Origin: Anaerolineae bacterium
Lineage (GTDB): Bacteria > Chloroflexota > Anaerolineae > JACIWR01
Reading direction: 5' to 3'
Length of the DNA stretch: 64,000 nucleotides
Assembly (NCBI GenBank): GCA_024653325.1
Contig: JANLFX010000003.1
Coordinates: 11,334 to 75,333, forward strand
Notes under the pieces: generated by a model
What the model was told of the DNA's origin: nothing
The model's database searches: none
What the model saw: only the letters and a program-made list of their open reading frames with translations
Part shown: positions 30,584 through 42,656 of the stretch, in pieces
How positions within the stretch are numbered: position 1 is the stretch's first letter
How the letters are laid out: the number at the start of each line of letters is the position of its first letter
Position numbers and translations under genes: made by a program

Positions 30584-30645
30584 ACAAGGCTTTGGCCGGC
30601 GGTCAAAAGACCGAGGGCCAAGGGAAAACTGTTCAGGAGCAGGTT

Positions 30646-31116
30646 ATGCCGAGACGTTATCGTCCTCCCAAACGAAAAATTGAGCCTGATGTCAAATATA
30701 ACAGTGTCACAGTGGCCAAGTTCATCCACCGGTTGATGAGAAGCGGGAAGAAGAGCACGGCGGCCCGCATTCTATATGACGCATTCGACATCATCCAGGC
30801 CCGGATGCATCGTAACCCTTTGGATGTGTTTGAACAGGCCATCAAGAACGCAACCCCAGTCCTGGAAGTGAAGCCCCGGCGCGTGGGAGGTGCGGCTTAT
30901 CAGGTACCTGTAGAGGTTTCGCCGGACCGGCAATTATCTCTGGCTATGCGTTGGTTGGTACAATCAGCCCGAAGTCGTCCTGGAAAGTCCATGGCGGAGA
31001 GATTGGCCGGTGAACTGATGGATGCGGCGCAGGGTACCGGGGCTACGATTAAAAAACGGGAAGATACGCACAAAATGGCTGAGGCCAACAAGGCCTTTGC
31101 TCATTACCGCTGGTAA
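30646..31116 (+). CDS. rpsG: 30S ribosomal protein S7
   Basis: [15 protein letters not shown]... matches the S7 N-terminus; start at an internal ATG of the ORF-track ORF, with an SD. Confidence 0.95.
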   Translation: MPRRYRPPKRKIEPDVKYNSVTVAKFIHRLMRSGKKSTAARILYDAFDIIQARMHRNPLDVFEQAIKNATPVLEVKPRRVGGAAYQVPVEVSPDRQLSLAMRWLVQSARSRPGKSMAERLAGELMDAAQGTGATIKKREDTHKMAEANKAFAHYRW

Positions 31117-31222
31117 AGCAGTTTCCCCCTCTTCCAGGTTATTGGGTTCGCTGGGTGGTTAGCGCAGGCTCCTTTGGACTAACTGCCGAATCACTCGATT
31201 TCCTGGCTACGGAGCCATTCGA

Positions 31223-33304
31223 ATGCCACGGGAATACCCCCTGGAACGAGTACGCAATATCGGAATAATCGCCCACATTGACGCGGGCAAAACTACCACG
31301 ACCGAACGAGTGTTGTTTTACACCGGTCGCACGCACCGCATGGGCAATGTGGATGAAGGCACCACCGTCACTGATTGGATGGAGCAGGAGCGCGAACGAG
31401 GGATCACTATCACCGCGGCGGCGATTACCTGCTTCTGGCGAGAACATCAGATTAACATCATTGATACTCCAGGCCACATTGATTTCACGGCGGAAGTGCA
31501 ACGCAGTTTACGCGTGCTAGATGGTGGAATTGTGATCTTCGATGCCGTGGCCGGGGTGGAACCCCAGTCCGAGACGGTGTGGCGACAGGCAGACCGTTAT
31601 GGTGTGCCGCGAATCTGCTTCGTTAACAAAATGGACCGCACGGGGGCCAACTTTTGGCGGACGGTCAATATGATCAGGGAACGCCTGGCCGCAACTCCCG
31701 TAGCCATACAAATCCCCCTCGGAGAGGAAAACTCCTTTCGCGGGGTGGTAGACCTGCTAGAGATGCGCACCATCACTTATCTGGATGACCAGGGAGTACA
31801 CCAGGCATTCGGTGATATTCCAGATGATCTCATGGAAGAAGCCCGGGTCCATCGTGAAAAGTTGGTGGAAGCGGTGATAGAGACCGATGATGATCTCATG
31901 CTCAGGTATCTGGAGGGTGATAGTGAGATCACGGCCCAGGAATTGCGGGCTGCTCTACGACAGGCGACTTTACGGGCGGAATTAGTGCCGGTGTTATGTG
32001 GGTCTGCGTTGCGCAACAAGGGCATTCAGCCGCTCCTGGACGCGGTAGTGGACTATCTACCTTCTCCGTTGGAAGTACGTCCCGTCACCGGTGTCCACCC
32101 CAAGACGGGTGCGCTAGAAGAACGCCGGGCTGATGAACACGCGCCTTTGGCCGCCCTGGTTTTCAAGATCGCGGTTGATCCTTACGTGGGACGCCTGGCT
32201 TATTTCCGGGTCTACTCAGGGCACATAGTGGCCGGGCAGGCGGTGCGCAATGCCAACAAGGACAAGAAAGAACGTATTGGACGGCTGCTGCGCATGTATG
32301 CTAACCGGCGCGAGGAGATCCAGGAGGTTTACGCTGGCGACATCGGGGCCACGCTGGGTTTGAAGGATACTTTCACCGGAGAAACGCTGTGTGATGCCGG
32401 TCATCCCATCATTCTGGAATCTATCAAGTTCCCTGAGCCAGTAATCTCTGTAGCCATCGAACCGCGGACGGAAGCCGACCAGGACAGGTTGTCCGAAGCG
32501 CTGCAACGGCTGGCCGAGGAGGACCCCACTTTCAAGGTGCGGGTGGATGAAAACACCGGCCAGACGCTGATCTCCGGCATGGGGGAACTGCACCTGGAAG
32601 TGCTGGTGGATCGGATGCTCCGCGAGTTTAAGGTGAAAGCCTTGGTCGGGCAACCCCAAGTGGCTTATCGGGAGACGATCACCCGCCCGGCGCGCGCCGA
32701 GGGCCAGTTTATCCGCCAGACAGGTGGGCACGGGCAATATGGCCACGTGATCCTGGAGGTAGAGCCCCTGGATCAGAATAAGGGTTTCGCTTTCGAGTCG
32801 AGTATCACAGAGGCTGTGATCCCCAGGGAGTTCATTCCTGCCGTAGAACAAGGGGTACGGGAGGCAATGGAAAGCGGGCTGCTGGCTGGGTATCCCATGG
32901 TGGGTGTCAAAGCCACTCTGGTCGGCGGCTCTTACCACGAAGAGGACTCCTCAGAGCTGTCCTTCAAGGTAGCGGGATCAATGGCTTTCAGAAATGCGGT
33001 TCAGGAAGCCGGGCCGACCCTGCTGGAACCGGTGATGAAGATTGAAGTGGTTGTGCCGGAGGAGTTTATCGGGGACGTGATTGCTGATCTGAGTGCCAGG
33101 AAAGCCCGGATCGAGGGCATGGAACCGCGCAGTGGTGGTGTGCAGGTGGTGAGGGCCTCTGCCCCACTGTTTGGAATGTTTGGATACGCCACTGCTTTGC
33201 GCTCATTGACTCAAGGTCGAGGTACTTTCACCATGGAATTCGACCATTATTCTGAGGTTGCCCCTGAAGTAAAAGAACGGATTTTGATGGGTGGGTGGCG
33301 GTAG
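31223..33304 (+). CDS. fusA: elongation factor G
   Basis: G-domain [25 protein letters not shown]; 693 aa; str-operon position. Confidence 0.97.
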   Translation: MPREYPLERVRNIGIIAHIDAGKTTTTERVLFYTGRTHRMGNVDEGTTVTDWMEQERERGITITAAAITCFWREHQINIIDTPGHIDFTAEVQRSLRVLDGGIVIFDAVAGVEPQSETVWRQADRYGVPRICFVNKMDRTGANFWRTVNMIRERLAATPVAIQIPLGEENSFRGVVDLLEMRTITYLDDQGVHQAFGDIPDDLMEEARVHREKLVEAVIETDDDLMLRYLEGDSEITAQELRAALRQATLRAELVPVLCGSALRNKGIQPLLDAVVDYLPSPLEVRPVTGVHPKTGALEERRADEHAPLAALVFKIAVDPYVGRLAYFRVYSGHIVAGQAVRNANKDKKERIGRLLRMYANRREEIQEVYAGDIGATLGLKDTFTGETLCDAGHPIILESIKFPEPVISVAIEPRTEADQDRLSEALQRLAEEDPTFKVRVDENTGQTLISGMGELHLEVLVDRMLREFKVKALVGQPQVAYRETITRPARAEGQFIRQTGGHGQYGHVILEVEPLDQNKGFAFESSITEAVIPREFIPAVEQGVREAMESGLLAGYPMVGVKATLVGGSYHEEDSSELSFKVAGSMAFRNAVQEAGPTLLEPVMKIEVVVPEEFIGDVIADLSARKARIEGMEPRSGGVQVVRASAPLFGMFGYATALRSLTQGRGTFTMEFDHYSEVAPEVKERILMGGWR

Positions 33305-33472
33305 CTTACGGGCTATCCTCTGCCCCCCACTTGAACCCGAGAAAGAATTTAATTGACAAACAAAATAATTTTTAGGTGGGTTTTGGGCCCGCTCCCCGCC
33401 GTGGTCTAGATCTACGAGGGGAGAAGTGGCCTCTCCAGAAATCCTGGTAATTGATGGAAAGGAGAAATCTAA

Positions 33473-34690
<1,218 letters not shown>

Positions 34691-34758
34691 CAGATGTACC
34701 TGATGGGGCGAGGTGTGTCTCACGTTGCACCTCGCCCCACTATGGTGAGAGAGAGACT

Positions 34759-35067
34759 ATGGCTAAACAGAGAATTAGAATACGCCTGAAGGCTTACGAT
34801 CATCGGGTTTTAGACCAGTCGGCGCGACGCATTGTGGAAACAGCGGAGCGCACAGGAGCACAGGTGGTAGGACCGGTTCCCCTGCCCACCAAGATTGAGC
34901 GGTTTACGGTGCAGCGCTCCCCTTTCGTAGACAAGGATTCTCAGGAGCACTTTGAGATTCGCACTCATAAGCGGCTTATTGATGTCATTGACCCTGGCTC
35001 TAAGACCATTGATTCTCTCATGCGTCTTAACCTGCCGGCTGGTGTAGACATCGAAATCAAAATGTAA
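34759..35067 (+). CDS. rpsJ: 30S ribosomal protein S10
   Basis: [19 protein letters not shown]...; first gene of the S10 cluster. Confidence 0.95.
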   Translation: MAKQRIRIRLKAYDHRVLDQSARRIVETAERTGAQVVGPVPLPTKIERFTVQRSPFVDKDSQEHFEIRTHKRLIDVIDPGSKTIDSLMRLNLPAGVDIEIKM

Positions 35068-35175
35068 GTTCTGACGAGGCCCTTTCTTTTACCTCTGTGA
35101 TGTTTTCTAAAAGATGGTACGGGTGGTTAGGAGGGAACTCGGGGAACTGGGGGAAACTTGCCCTGTGGAGGAAAT

Positions 35176-35808
35176 ATGAAGGGTATTTTAGGCAAGAAAG
35201 TGGGCATGACCCAGATATTCGACGAGCGCGGGGACGTTATCCCGGTGACAGTAATCGAGGCCGGGCCTTGCTTCGTCGTTCAAAAAAGGACAAAAGAACG
35301 GGATGGTTATCGAGGCATCCAGTTGGGTTTCGAGGAGGTCAAGCCCAAGCGTTTAAACAAGGGTCAGCTCGGCCATTTGCGCAAGAATAACATGCCTCCG
35401 CTGCGCTATCTGCGCGAGATTCGCATCTCCGAAAAAGATGAATACGAAGAGGGGCAGAAAATTACGGTTGGCATTTTCACCGTAGGCGAGCGAGTAGACG
35501 TAGTGGGTGTTTCCAAAGGGCGCGGTTTTGCCGGCACGGTTAAGCGCCACGGCTTCAACCGCCAACCCAAGACCCATGGCCAGTCCGACCGCGAACGTGC
35601 GCCGGGCTCCATTGGTTCTACGACCACGCCGGGACGGGTGTACAAGGGCAAGCGCATGGCCGGTCACATGGGAAACGCGCGGGTCACGGCGCAGAACTTG
35701 CAGGTGGTAATGGTAGACCCGGAACGCAACCTGCTGGCCGTTAAGGGAGCAGTGCCGGGAGCGCGAGGCGGGCTGGTGATCATCAAAGAGGCAAGGAAGC
35801 AAGGGTAG
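35176..35808 (+). CDS. rplC: 50S ribosomal protein L3
   Basis: [31 protein letters not shown]-terminus; SD GGAGGAAAT; internal ATG of the ORF-track ORF. Confidence 0.93.
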   Translation: MKGILGKKVGMTQIFDERGDVIPVTVIEAGPCFVVQKRTKERDGYRGIQLGFEEVKPKRLNKGQLGHLRKNNMPPLRYLREIRISEKDEYEEGQKITVGIFTVGERVDVVGVSKGRGFAGTVKRHGFNRQPKTHGQSDRERAPGSIGSTTTPGRVYKGKRMAGHMGNARVTAQNLQVVMVDPERNLLAVKGAVPGARGGLVIIKEARKQG

Positions 35809-35918
35809 GTCAAATCCCAACCTCACTACGTTGCGTGCCTGACTACGAACGCTCCACGATTGAGTGCGGTGCTACCGCCTCACTGTGATGAAGAATTATC
35901 AGTAACCAGAGGTGATAA

Positions 35919-36542
35919 ATGTTGCGAGTGGCAGTTTACAACGCAGATGGTGAAACGGTTGGCGAGACTGAACTGCGTGAGGATATATTCGGCATCGAGC
36001 CTAACATAGCGGTGATGCATCAGGCACTGTTGCGACAGTTAGCCAACGCCCGCCTGGGCACACACAAGGCCAAGACGCGGGGTGAGGTGAGCGGCACAAC
36101 GCAAAAAGTCTGGCGGCAGAAGGGCACCGGCCGGGCGCGCCACGGTTCGCGGAAGGTTAACCTGTGGCGAGGTGGCGGTGTCGCCCACGGGCCACGGCCG
36201 CGCAGCTACGAACAACAGATGCCGCGCAAAATGCGCCGCCTGGCTTTGCGCTCCGCCCTCTCGGTGAAGGCCGCTGACGGTCAGATCGTCTGCCTGGATC
36301 GCCTGGAGATAGACGAGCCGAAAACGCGGACCATGGCCGAGGTTCTGGAACGGCTGGGTCTGGATACCAGCGTGCTCATCCTATTACCGGAGCGCAACGA
36401 GAACGTGGAAAAATCGGTGCGCAACATCCCGGATGTGCGCACTTTGCGGGCCGGCTATCTGAACGTCCGCGACCTTTTGGACTACGACTTTTTGCTGATG
36501 CCCCTGGGCGCGCTGAGGGAAATCGAGAGGATTCTGGGTTGA
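35919..36542 (+). CDS. rplD: 50S ribosomal protein L4
   Basis: KGTGRARHGSRK motif; S10-operon order. Confidence 0.93.
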   Translation: MLRVAVYNADGETVGETELREDIFGIEPNIAVMHQALLRQLANARLGTHKAKTRGEVSGTTQKVWRQKGTGRARHGSRKVNLWRGGGVAHGPRPRSYEQQMPRKMRRLALRSALSVKAADGQIVCLDRLEIDEPKTRTMAEVLERLGLDTSVLILLPERNENVEKSVRNIPDVRTLRAGYLNVRDLLDYDFLLMPLGALREIERILG

Positions 36543-36559
36543 GGTTGGAGGAATTAGCG

Positions 36560-36850
36560 ATGCACGCTTATGAGATTCTAAGGCGACCGGTTCTCACCGA
36601 GAAAAGCAATTTGCAGGCAGACTATCTCGGCCAATACACTTTCGAAGTGGACCGCCGGGCCAACAAGCATCAGGTGAAAAAAGCCGTAGAGGAAGTGTTT
36701 AACGTCCAGGTGGTGGCGGTGAACATTGTCAACATGCCGGCAAAGATGGGACGCTATGGCCGACGCCGGGTGGTACGCATCCCGGCCTGGAAAAAGGCGA
36801 TCGTTACCCTGGCCCCGGGACAGCGGATTGAGATTTTCGAGGGCGTGTAA
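36560..36850 (+). CDS. rplW: 50S ribosomal protein L23
   Basis: MHAYEILRRPVLTEKSN...; ATG with SD GGAGGAA (the TTG at 36539 listed in the ORF track is less likely). Confidence 0.9.
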   Translation: MHAYEILRRPVLTEKSNLQADYLGQYTFEVDRRANKHQVKKAVEEVFNVQVVAVNIVNMPAKMGRYGRRRVVRIPAWKKAIVTLAPGQRIEIFEGV

Positions 36851-36980
36851 AAGGTGTGGAGTGGCGGGCGGCGAAGCCGCAAGCATTGAGCGAATGCGAG
36901 GTATCGCCTGCCACCCTGGTACGGGTTATTCCGGCTGGATGTAACCAGGTACCAGCAGCTTGCGAAGTTAAGGAGTAATC

Positions 36981-37814
36981 ATGGCTATCAAAGTATACAA
37001 GCCTACCTCGCCTGGACGACGAGGGATGACAGCTTCTACATTCGAGGAGATAACTGCTACCGAACCGGAACGGTCCTTGCTAACCTCCTTGCACAGACGT
37101 GCAGGACGGAACGTGCGCGGAAAGATTACTGTCCGCCATCAGGGTGGCGGGCATAAACGCCGTTATCGGATCATTGATTTCAAAAGGGATAAAGTGGGGA
37201 TTCCGGCCCGGGTGGCCTCCATTGAATATGATCCGAACCGCTCGGCACGTATTGCCTTGCTGATCTACGCCGACGGCGAAAAGCGGTACATCATCGCCCC
37301 TTTGGAACTGATGGTCGGCGATACGGTGATGAGCGGACCGGGGGCGGAGTTGCGGGTGGGCAACGCATTGCCTCTCGCCAATATTCCAACAGGCACCTTG
37401 ATTCATAACATCGAACTGCAGCCGGGTAAAGGCGGGCAATTGGCTCGGGCGGCAGGCACATCGGCCCAGTTGATGGCCAAGGAAGGGGATTATGCCCATG
37501 TGCGTTTGCCCAGTGGAGAGGTGCGGCTCGTGCATCAGCGGTGTATGGCTACCATTGGGCAGGTAGGCAATACCGATCATGGGAACATTTCGCTGGGCAA
37601 AGCAGGTCGTAAGCGACACCTGGGTTGGCGGCCAGCGGTCCGTGGCTCGGCAATGACTCCCCGCGACCATCCTCATGGCGGTGGCGAGGGGCGTTCACCC
37701 ATCGGGATGCCTTCGCCCAAATCACCGTGGGGCAAGCCCACGTTGGGCAAAAAGACGCGGCGTAACAAAGCCACCGATAAGTGGATCGTTCGCCGGCGGG
37801 GTAAGAAACGGTGA
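36981..37814 (+). CDS. rplB: 50S ribosomal protein L2
   Basis: [12 protein letters not shown]..., [20 protein letters not shown]-terminal [14 protein letters not shown]. Confidence 0.95.
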   Translation: MAIKVYKPTSPGRRGMTASTFEEITATEPERSLLTSLHRRAGRNVRGKITVRHQGGGHKRRYRIIDFKRDKVGIPARVASIEYDPNRSARIALLIYADGEKRYIIAPLELMVGDTVMSGPGAELRVGNALPLANIPTGTLIHNIELQPGKGGQLARAAGTSAQLMAKEGDYAHVRLPSGEVRLVHQRCMATIGQVGNTDHGNISLGKAGRKRHLGWRPAVRGSAMTPRDHPHGGGEGRSPIGMPSPKSPWGKPTLGKKTRRNKATDKWIVRRRGKKR

Positions 37815-37872
37815 TCAATGACCAATGAGCTAATGACCAAATTGGTGAATTGGGATTTGCTACAGGAGGTGG

Positions 37873-38169
37873 ATGGTGTCGAGATCGTTGAAAAAGGGGC
37901 CTTACGTAGAGGCCAAGCTGCTTAAGAAGATCGAGGAAATGAACAAACGTGGTGAGAAGCGGGTCATTAGAACCTGGTCCAGAGCTTCTACGATCTTCCC
38001 GCAGATGGTAGGGCATACGTTGGCCGTGCACGATGGGCGACGGCACGTGCCCATCTACATCACGGAGAACATGGTTGGTCACAAGCTTGGTGAATTTGCC
38101 CCGACACGCACTTACCGAGGGCACGTGGCCAAAGAGAAAAAGACCCGCATCAAGCAGCAAAGCCAGTGA
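37873..38169 (+). CDS. rpsS: 30S ribosomal protein S19
   Basis: SLKKGPYV...[27 protein letters not shown]. Confidence 0.95.
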   Translation: MVSRSLKKGPYVEAKLLKKIEEMNKRGEKRVIRTWSRASTIFPQMVGHTLAVHDGRRHVPIYITENMVGHKLGEFAPTRTYRGHVAKEKKTRIKQQSQ

Positions 38170-38205
38170 GATTGAGCTGGTCATTACGAGCAGTGGAGTA
38201 AGAAA

Positions 38206-38550
38206 ATGGCTTTTGAAACTAAAGCGGTGGTGCGCTATGTGCGAATGTCTCCTCAGAAAGTGCGCCTGGTCGCCGATCGGGTGCGAGGGATGATGGCAGT
38301 GGATGCTCTGACCGTTTTGCAGCACATGCCCCAGGCGGCGGCGCTCCCGGTATATAAGGTGATCAAATCGGCGATAGCCAACGCCGAAGAGAATATTGGT
38401 TTGGACCGCGAGGACTTATACATCTCGCAGTTGACAGTGGACGGAGGGCCGATGATGAAGCGTTGGCGGGCGGGTGCCCGTGGCCGCTATAAGCCGATTC
38501 TCAAAAGGTCCTCACATATCACCGTGGTGCTGAGCGAGGTGGGGGAATAA
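38206..38550 (+). CDS. rplV: 50S ribosomal protein L22
   Basis: VRMSPQKVRLVADRVRGM motif. Confidence 0.93.
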   Translation: MAFETKAVVRYVRMSPQKVRLVADRVRGMMAVDALTVLQHMPQAAALPVYKVIKSAIANAEENIGLDREDLYISQLTVDGGPMMKRWRAGARGRYKPILKRSSHITVVLSEVGE

Positions 38551-38562
38551 GCGGTTAAGAGT

Positions 38563-38681
38563 CTAGTTGCCAGTTGTCAGTTGCTGGTTGCTAGTCGCCA
38601 GTTGCTGGCTGGTGGTTGACCTATGGGAGTGACAAGAACCAGCAACTAGCAATCACAACCAGCAACCAGTAACCAGCAAAG
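38563..38681. repeat. opposed heptamer arrays: about 8 x RGTTGCY followed by about 6 x the reverse-complement heptamer (AACYAGC), filling the unusual 140-nt rplV-rpsC spacer
   Basis: AGTTGCC AGTTGTC AGTTGCT GGTTGCT AGTCGCC AGTTGCT ... then AACCAGC AACTAGC ... ACCAGCA ACCAGTA ACCAGCA; the two arrays are mutually complementary, so the mRNA can form a long imperfect stem ending at the rpsC SD. Confidence 0.8.
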
Positions 38682-38690
38682 GAGGATTCA

Positions 38691-39374
38691 TTGGGTCGAA
38701 AAGTACATCCGACCGGGTTCCGATTAGGAATTATCAAGGATTGGGATGCCCGCTGGTATGCAGAGGGTGAAGAGTACGCAACCCTTCTCCATGAGGATAT
38801 GGCGATTCGACGCTTGATCCGGGAGAAAATGGGACGGGCGGGCATTTCGCGGATCGAGATTGAGCGTTTCCCTAAACAGGTTAACATCATCATCCACACT
38901 GCTAAACCGGGGATTATCATTGGCCGCCGAGGAGCGATGGTGAAGCAATTGCGCAACGACCTGGAGGAATTAACCGGCAAGCGCATTCGCGTGGATGTAA
39001 ATGAGATAGAGCAACCGGACCTGGATGCCTACTTAGTGGCTGAGAACATCGCCACCCAGCTCGAGCACCGCATTTCCCACAGCCGGGCGATGAAACGCGC
39101 CGTCCGCCAGGCGATGCGGCTGGGAGCCAAAGGAGTCAAGATTTCCTGTAAGGGACGCCTGGCTGGTGCAGAAATGGCCCGTGGGGAGTGGGTTCGTGAG
39201 GGGCGGGTGCCGTTACACACTTTGCGAGCGGACATTGACTACGGTCAGGCAGAGGCGCTCACCACTTACGGGCGGATTGGCATCAAGGTATGGATTTACA
39301 AGGGTGAGGTCCTGCAGCAAAAGCCGGTGGAAGAACCGGTTGTTTCTGATTCTGAGGCCATGGAAATCGAATAG
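38691..39374 (+). CDS. rpsC: 30S ribosomal protein S3
   Basis: [24 protein letters not shown]-terminus, KH and S3-C domains; TTG start 7 nt after AGGAGG. Confidence 0.93.
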   Translation: MGRKVHPTGFRLGIIKDWDARWYAEGEEYATLLHEDMAIRRLIREKMGRAGISRIEIERFPKQVNIIIHTAKPGIIIGRRGAMVKQLRNDLEELTGKRIRVDVNEIEQPDLDAYLVAENIATQLEHRISHSRAMKRAVRQAMRLGAKGVKISCKGRLAGAEMARGEWVREGRVPLHTLRADIDYGQAEALTTYGRIGIKVWIYKGEVLQQKPVEEPVVSDSEAMEIE

Positions 39375-39379
39375 CCAGG

Positions 39380-39412
39380 CAACGGTCACTTCCAAAGTGG
39401 CTGTCACCTGAC
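39380..39412. repeat. degenerate member of the GGTGAC-N-GTCACC hairpin family in the rpsC-rplP spacer
   Basis: AGGCAACGGTCACTTCCAAAGTGGCTGTCACCTGA shares the AGGCAAC...CAAAG...GCTGTCACCTGA frame with the 22901-22947 copy. Confidence 0.5.
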
Positions 39413-39429
39413 CTGAAGGAGTGGGTGCA

Positions 39430-39861
39430 ATGTTGATGCCCAAGCGGGTGAAATATCGAAAACAGCAACGAGGTCGGATGAAGGGGCGGGCGCGACGTGG
39501 CGCCGAGGTGACATTCGGCGACTATGGTTTACAGGCACTGGAACCGTGCTGGATGACCAGCCGCCAAATCGAAGCAGCGCGGCGGGCCATTGTCCGCCAC
39601 GTCAAGCGGCGCGGTAAACTTTGGATCCGCATCTTCCCCGACAAGCCGGTCACCAAAAAACCAGCGGAAACGCGCATGGGCAAAGGCAAAGGGGCAGTGG
39701 ATCATTGGGCGGCAGTGGTCAAACCCGGACGCATTATCTTTGAGATCTCCGGAATCGAGGAGAGCACAGCCCGGGAGGCAATGCGTCTGGCAGCGCACAA
39801 GTTGCCTATCAGGACCCAGTTTGTGATGCGTCACGATCTTATTGCCGGGAGTGAGGAATAA
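39430..39861 (+). CDS. rplP: 50S ribosomal protein L16
   Basis: [20 protein letters not shown]-terminus; SD GAAGGAG. Confidence 0.93.
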   Translation: MLMPKRVKYRKQQRGRMKGRARRGAEVTFGDYGLQALEPCWMTSRQIEAARRAIVRHVKRRGKLWIRIFPDKPVTKKPAETRMGKGKGAVDHWAAVVKPGRIIFEISGIEESTAREAMRLAAHKLPIRTQFVMRHDLIAGSEE

Positions 39862-40073
39862 TGGAGGCTCGAGAATTGCGCAAAATGACCACGGAAGAAC
39901 TCCGCGCCAAGTTAGATGAGTCTTACGAGCGGTTGATGAATTTTCGCTTTCAGTTGTCCATCAAGCAACTGAAAGACCATAATTTGTTGACCAGCACGAA
40001 GCGAGACATTGCTCGCCTGAAAACTATCCTGAGAGAGCGTGAATTGGCCCAGGAAGAGGAGAGGGTTGAATGA
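39861..40073 (+). CDS. rpmC: 50S ribosomal protein L29
   Basis: [27 protein letters not shown]; its start overlaps the rplP stop. Confidence 0.9.
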   Translation: MEARELRKMTTEELRAKLDESYERLMNFRFQLSIKQLKDHNLLTSTKRDIARLKTILRERELAQEEERVE

Positions 40074-40345
40074 GAGAGCGACGAAAGCAGTTGATCGGGC
40101 GAGTAGTAAGCAACAAAATGGATAAGACAGTCGTCGTCAAAGTGGAGCGTTTGCAGCGGCATAGTCTTTACAAGAAGGTCATGCGCAGAAGCAAGAAGTA
40201 CAAAGCCCACGATGAGCACAACTCATGCCAGGTGGGTGATCTGGTCCGGATTGTGGAGTCACGTCCGTTAAGCCGCGAGAAACGCTGGGTCGTCGAAGAA
40301 ATTCTGGAGGCCGGGGGCGCCGAAAGCCAACCGGTCATCGAATAG
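40070..40345 (+). CDS. rpsQ: 30S ribosomal protein S17
   Basis: [23 protein letters not shown]...YKAHDE motif. Confidence 0.92.
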   Translation: MRERRKQLIGRVVSNKMDKTVVVKVERLQRHSLYKKVMRRSKKYKAHDEHNSCQVGDLVRIVESRPLSREKRWVVEEILEAGGAESQPVIE

Positions 40346-40363
40346 CCAGCGTCGGAGGAGAAG

Positions 40364-40735
40364 ATGATTCAGCAAGAAACCAGATTGCGAGTGGCCGACA
40401 ACACCGGCGCCAAGGAGATCCTGTGTATCCACGTGATGGGTGGTTCCCGGCGACGCTATGGCTATGTCGGCGATATAATCGTTGCTTCGGTGAAACAGGC
40501 TACGCCTACCGGCTCGGTAAAGAAGGGTGACGTGGTACGGGCGGTCATCGTGCGCACGGCGAAAGAATATGGGCGTAGCGACGGATCCTATATCAAGTTT
40601 GATGATAATGCGGCGGTGATCCTCGACGGTACCACCACCAACCCGAAAGGCACCCGTATATTCGGGCCGGTGGCTCGTGAATTACGCGATAAAGGGTTTA
40701 TGAAGATCATCTCGCTGGCGCCGGAGGTACTCTAG
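40364..40735 (+). CDS. rplN: 50S ribosomal protein L14
   Basis: [19 protein letters not shown]... Confidence 0.95.
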   Translation: MIQQETRLRVADNTGAKEILCIHVMGGSRRRYGYVGDIIVASVKQATPTGSVKKGDVVRAVIVRTAKEYGRSDGSYIKFDDNAAVILDGTTTNPKGTRIFGPVARELRDKGFMKIISLAPEVL

Positions 40736-40787
40736 CCGTACAAACGCGGAGGCCACTATGCCCCCGCATAAGCAGGAGATGCAGGCC

Positions 40788-41108
40788 ATGAAGATCAAGA
40801 AGGGTGATACGGTAGAAGTAATCACAGGGGAGGACCGAAAGAAAAGGGGCACGGTGCGTCAGGTCTTTCCGCGCAAAGGCCGGATAGTGGTTTCGGGTAT
40901 CAACCTGGTAAAGAAACATCAGCGACGTATGCCTACTGAGGGCCGCAGCCAGGCCGAAGGTGGTATCATCGAGTTTGAAGCGCCGATTCATGTTTCCAAC
41001 GTGATGTTGGTCTGTCCCACTTGTAAGAAGCCGACCCGGGTGGGATACGACTTGAGTGGCGGGACGAAAGTGCGAATTTGCAAACGTTGTCGGGCGGTAA
41101 TTGAGTGA
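40788..41108 (+). CDS. rplX: 50S ribosomal protein L24 with a C-terminal C4 zinc ribbon
   Basis: MKIKKGDTVEVITGEDRKKRG KOW motif; C-terminal CPTCKK...CKRC. The start could also be ATG 40758. Confidence 0.88.
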   Translation: MKIKKGDTVEVITGEDRKKRGTVRQVFPRKGRIVVSGINLVKKHQRRMPTEGRSQAEGGIIEFEAPIHVSNVMLVCPTCKKPTRVGYDLSGGTKVRICKRCRAVIE

Positions 41109-41149
41109 AGCTTGCCCTGGGTCCCGCTATAGTTGAGGAGAGATAAAAG

Positions 41150-41692
41150 ATGCCGAGGTTAAAGGAACGATACAAACAACAAGTGATCCCGGCGATGATG
41201 GAAGCGTTCCATTACCGTAATGTGATGGAGGTACCGCGCCTGCAAAAGATCGTGGTCAATGTGGGCTTGGGAGAAGCGTTGCAAGATGCGAAGGCGCTGG
41301 ATTACGCTGTGCAGGATATCACAGTCATCACCGGACAGCGACCGGTGATCACTCGGGCGCGGAAATCTATCGCCGGTTTCAAGCTGCGGGCCGGAAGGGC
41401 GATTGGCGTGAAAGTTACCCTGCGGGGCGATCGCATGTGGGACTTCTTCGACCGTCTATGTAACATCGCGCTTCCCCGAAAGCGTGACTTTCGGGGCATC
41501 TCACCCGATGCTTTCGACGGTCGGGGCAACTATACGCTGGGCCTGGATGAACAGTTAGTGTGGCCAGAGATTAAGTACGATGCTATTGACAAGGTTCGGG
41601 GGATGGAGATCACCATCGTGACCACGGCCAAAACTGACGAGGAAGGGCGGGAATTATTATCCCTGTTGGGGATGCCGTTTCGGAAGGGTTAG
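41150..41692 (+). CDS. rplE: 50S ribosomal protein L5
   Basis: [37 protein letters not shown]... Confidence 0.95.
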   Translation: MPRLKERYKQQVIPAMMEAFHYRNVMEVPRLQKIVVNVGLGEALQDAKALDYAVQDITVITGQRPVITRARKSIAGFKLRAGRAIGVKVTLRGDRMWDFFDRLCNIALPRKRDFRGISPDAFDGRGNYTLGLDEQLVWPEIKYDAIDKVRGMEITIVTTAKTDEEGRELLSLLGMPFRKG

Positions 41693-41733
41693 CAAGGGTG
41701 GCGGCTATGGAGAGCCGCCCTACGACTAACAAA

Positions 41734-41884
41734 CTGGACTCTGGCGTTTTGGACTTGTAGTGACGACTTTAGTCGTCTGCAGGCGGAAAAGAGCGACTGA
41801 AGTCGCTACTACGAATCTACATCTTGTAGCAATGAAACAACTGCCTACAATGTGTAGCGGTGCTCAAAATTCGCCAGACTCCAG
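41734..41884. mobile_element. MITE-like inverted-repeat element, copy 2, inserted in the rplE-rpsZ spacer of the spc operon
   Basis: 13-bp TIRs CTGGACTCTGGCG / CGCCAGACTCCAG; core hairpin GTAGTGACGACTTTAGTCG / CGACTGAAGTCGCTACTAC; flanked by the 7-bp direct repeat TAACAAA (41727-41733 and 41885-41891). Confidence 0.6.
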
Positions 41885-41935
41885 TAACAAATTCTCCCGC
41901 AGTGCGGGAGGGTATAGTGGTGTTAAGGAGGAAAT

Positions 41936-42118
41936 GTGGCCAAAACGAGCATGATTTATCGGGAGCTACGACGGAAGTACAAAGTGCGAGTGCGCAATCG
42001 GTGTCAGCGGTGCGGTCGTCCCCGTGGATATATTCGTCGTTTCAAGTTGTGTCGCGTCTGTTTCCGCGAATTAGCTTCAGCGGGACAGATTCCCGGCGTC
42101 GTGAAGTCGAGCTGGTAG
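41936..42118 (+). CDS. rpsZ: 30S ribosomal protein S14 type Z (zinc-binding)
   Basis: 61-aa S14 with CQRCGR...CRVCFRE zinc ribbon; GTG start 6 nt after AGGAGG. Confidence 0.92.
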   Translation: MAKTSMIYRELRRKYKVRVRNRCQRCGRPRGYIRRFKLCRVCFRELASAGQIPGVVKSSW

Positions 42119-42205
42119 AACAATCGTGTGCTGTCCGCAGGCCCACGGCACTAATGCCTGTTCTGGGCTGCGTCCTGGGCGCAACCGAGTGAGGAGAATA
42201 GTTTA

Positions 42206-42613
42206 ATGAGCAATCCCGATCCAATTGCTGACATGCTGACCCGTATAAGGAATGCCTCAATGGCCGGGCATAGTTATGTAGCCGTGCCCAGTTCAAAAAC
42301 CAAGTTGGCTATTGTCCGCATTCTCAAGGATGAAGGCTACATCCAGGATTTTGTTGTAACTGGCGACCGTCCACAACCGATGATTCGCATCTGGCTCAAG
42401 TATGTGGGTGAGCGTCGAGAGCGCCGCCCCATGATCACCGGTTTGAAACGGGTGAGTAAGCCGGGCTGCCGAGTCTATGTGAAAAAAGAGCGCATCCCTT
42501 GGGTGTTAAGTGGCATGGGCATTGCTATTCTGTCCACGTCCAAGGGGGTGGTGACCGGCCAGCAGGCGCGGCGGTTGAACATCGGTGGCGAGTTGCTTTG
42601 TTATGTGTGGTAA
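42206..42613 (+). CDS. rpsH: 30S ribosomal protein S8
   Basis: [13 protein letters not shown] motif. Confidence 0.95.
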   Translation: MSNPDPIADMLTRIRNASMAGHSYVAVPSSKTKLAIVRILKDEGYIQDFVVTGDRPQPMIRIWLKYVGERRERRPMITGLKRVSKPGCRVYVKKERIPWVLSGMGIAILSTSKGVVTGQQARRLNIGGELLCYVW

Positions 42614-42656
42614 GCGGGTGGGCGGCCAATAACAAGCAGGTGGGAGGTGGTTTTCA

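Noticed and set aside
41760-42192. ORFs of 64 and 110 aa overlapping the MITE copy and the S14 gene
   Set aside because: They are explained by the palindromic element and by the alternative frame of rpsZ. The real gene is the GTG-initiated 60-aa S14-Z.
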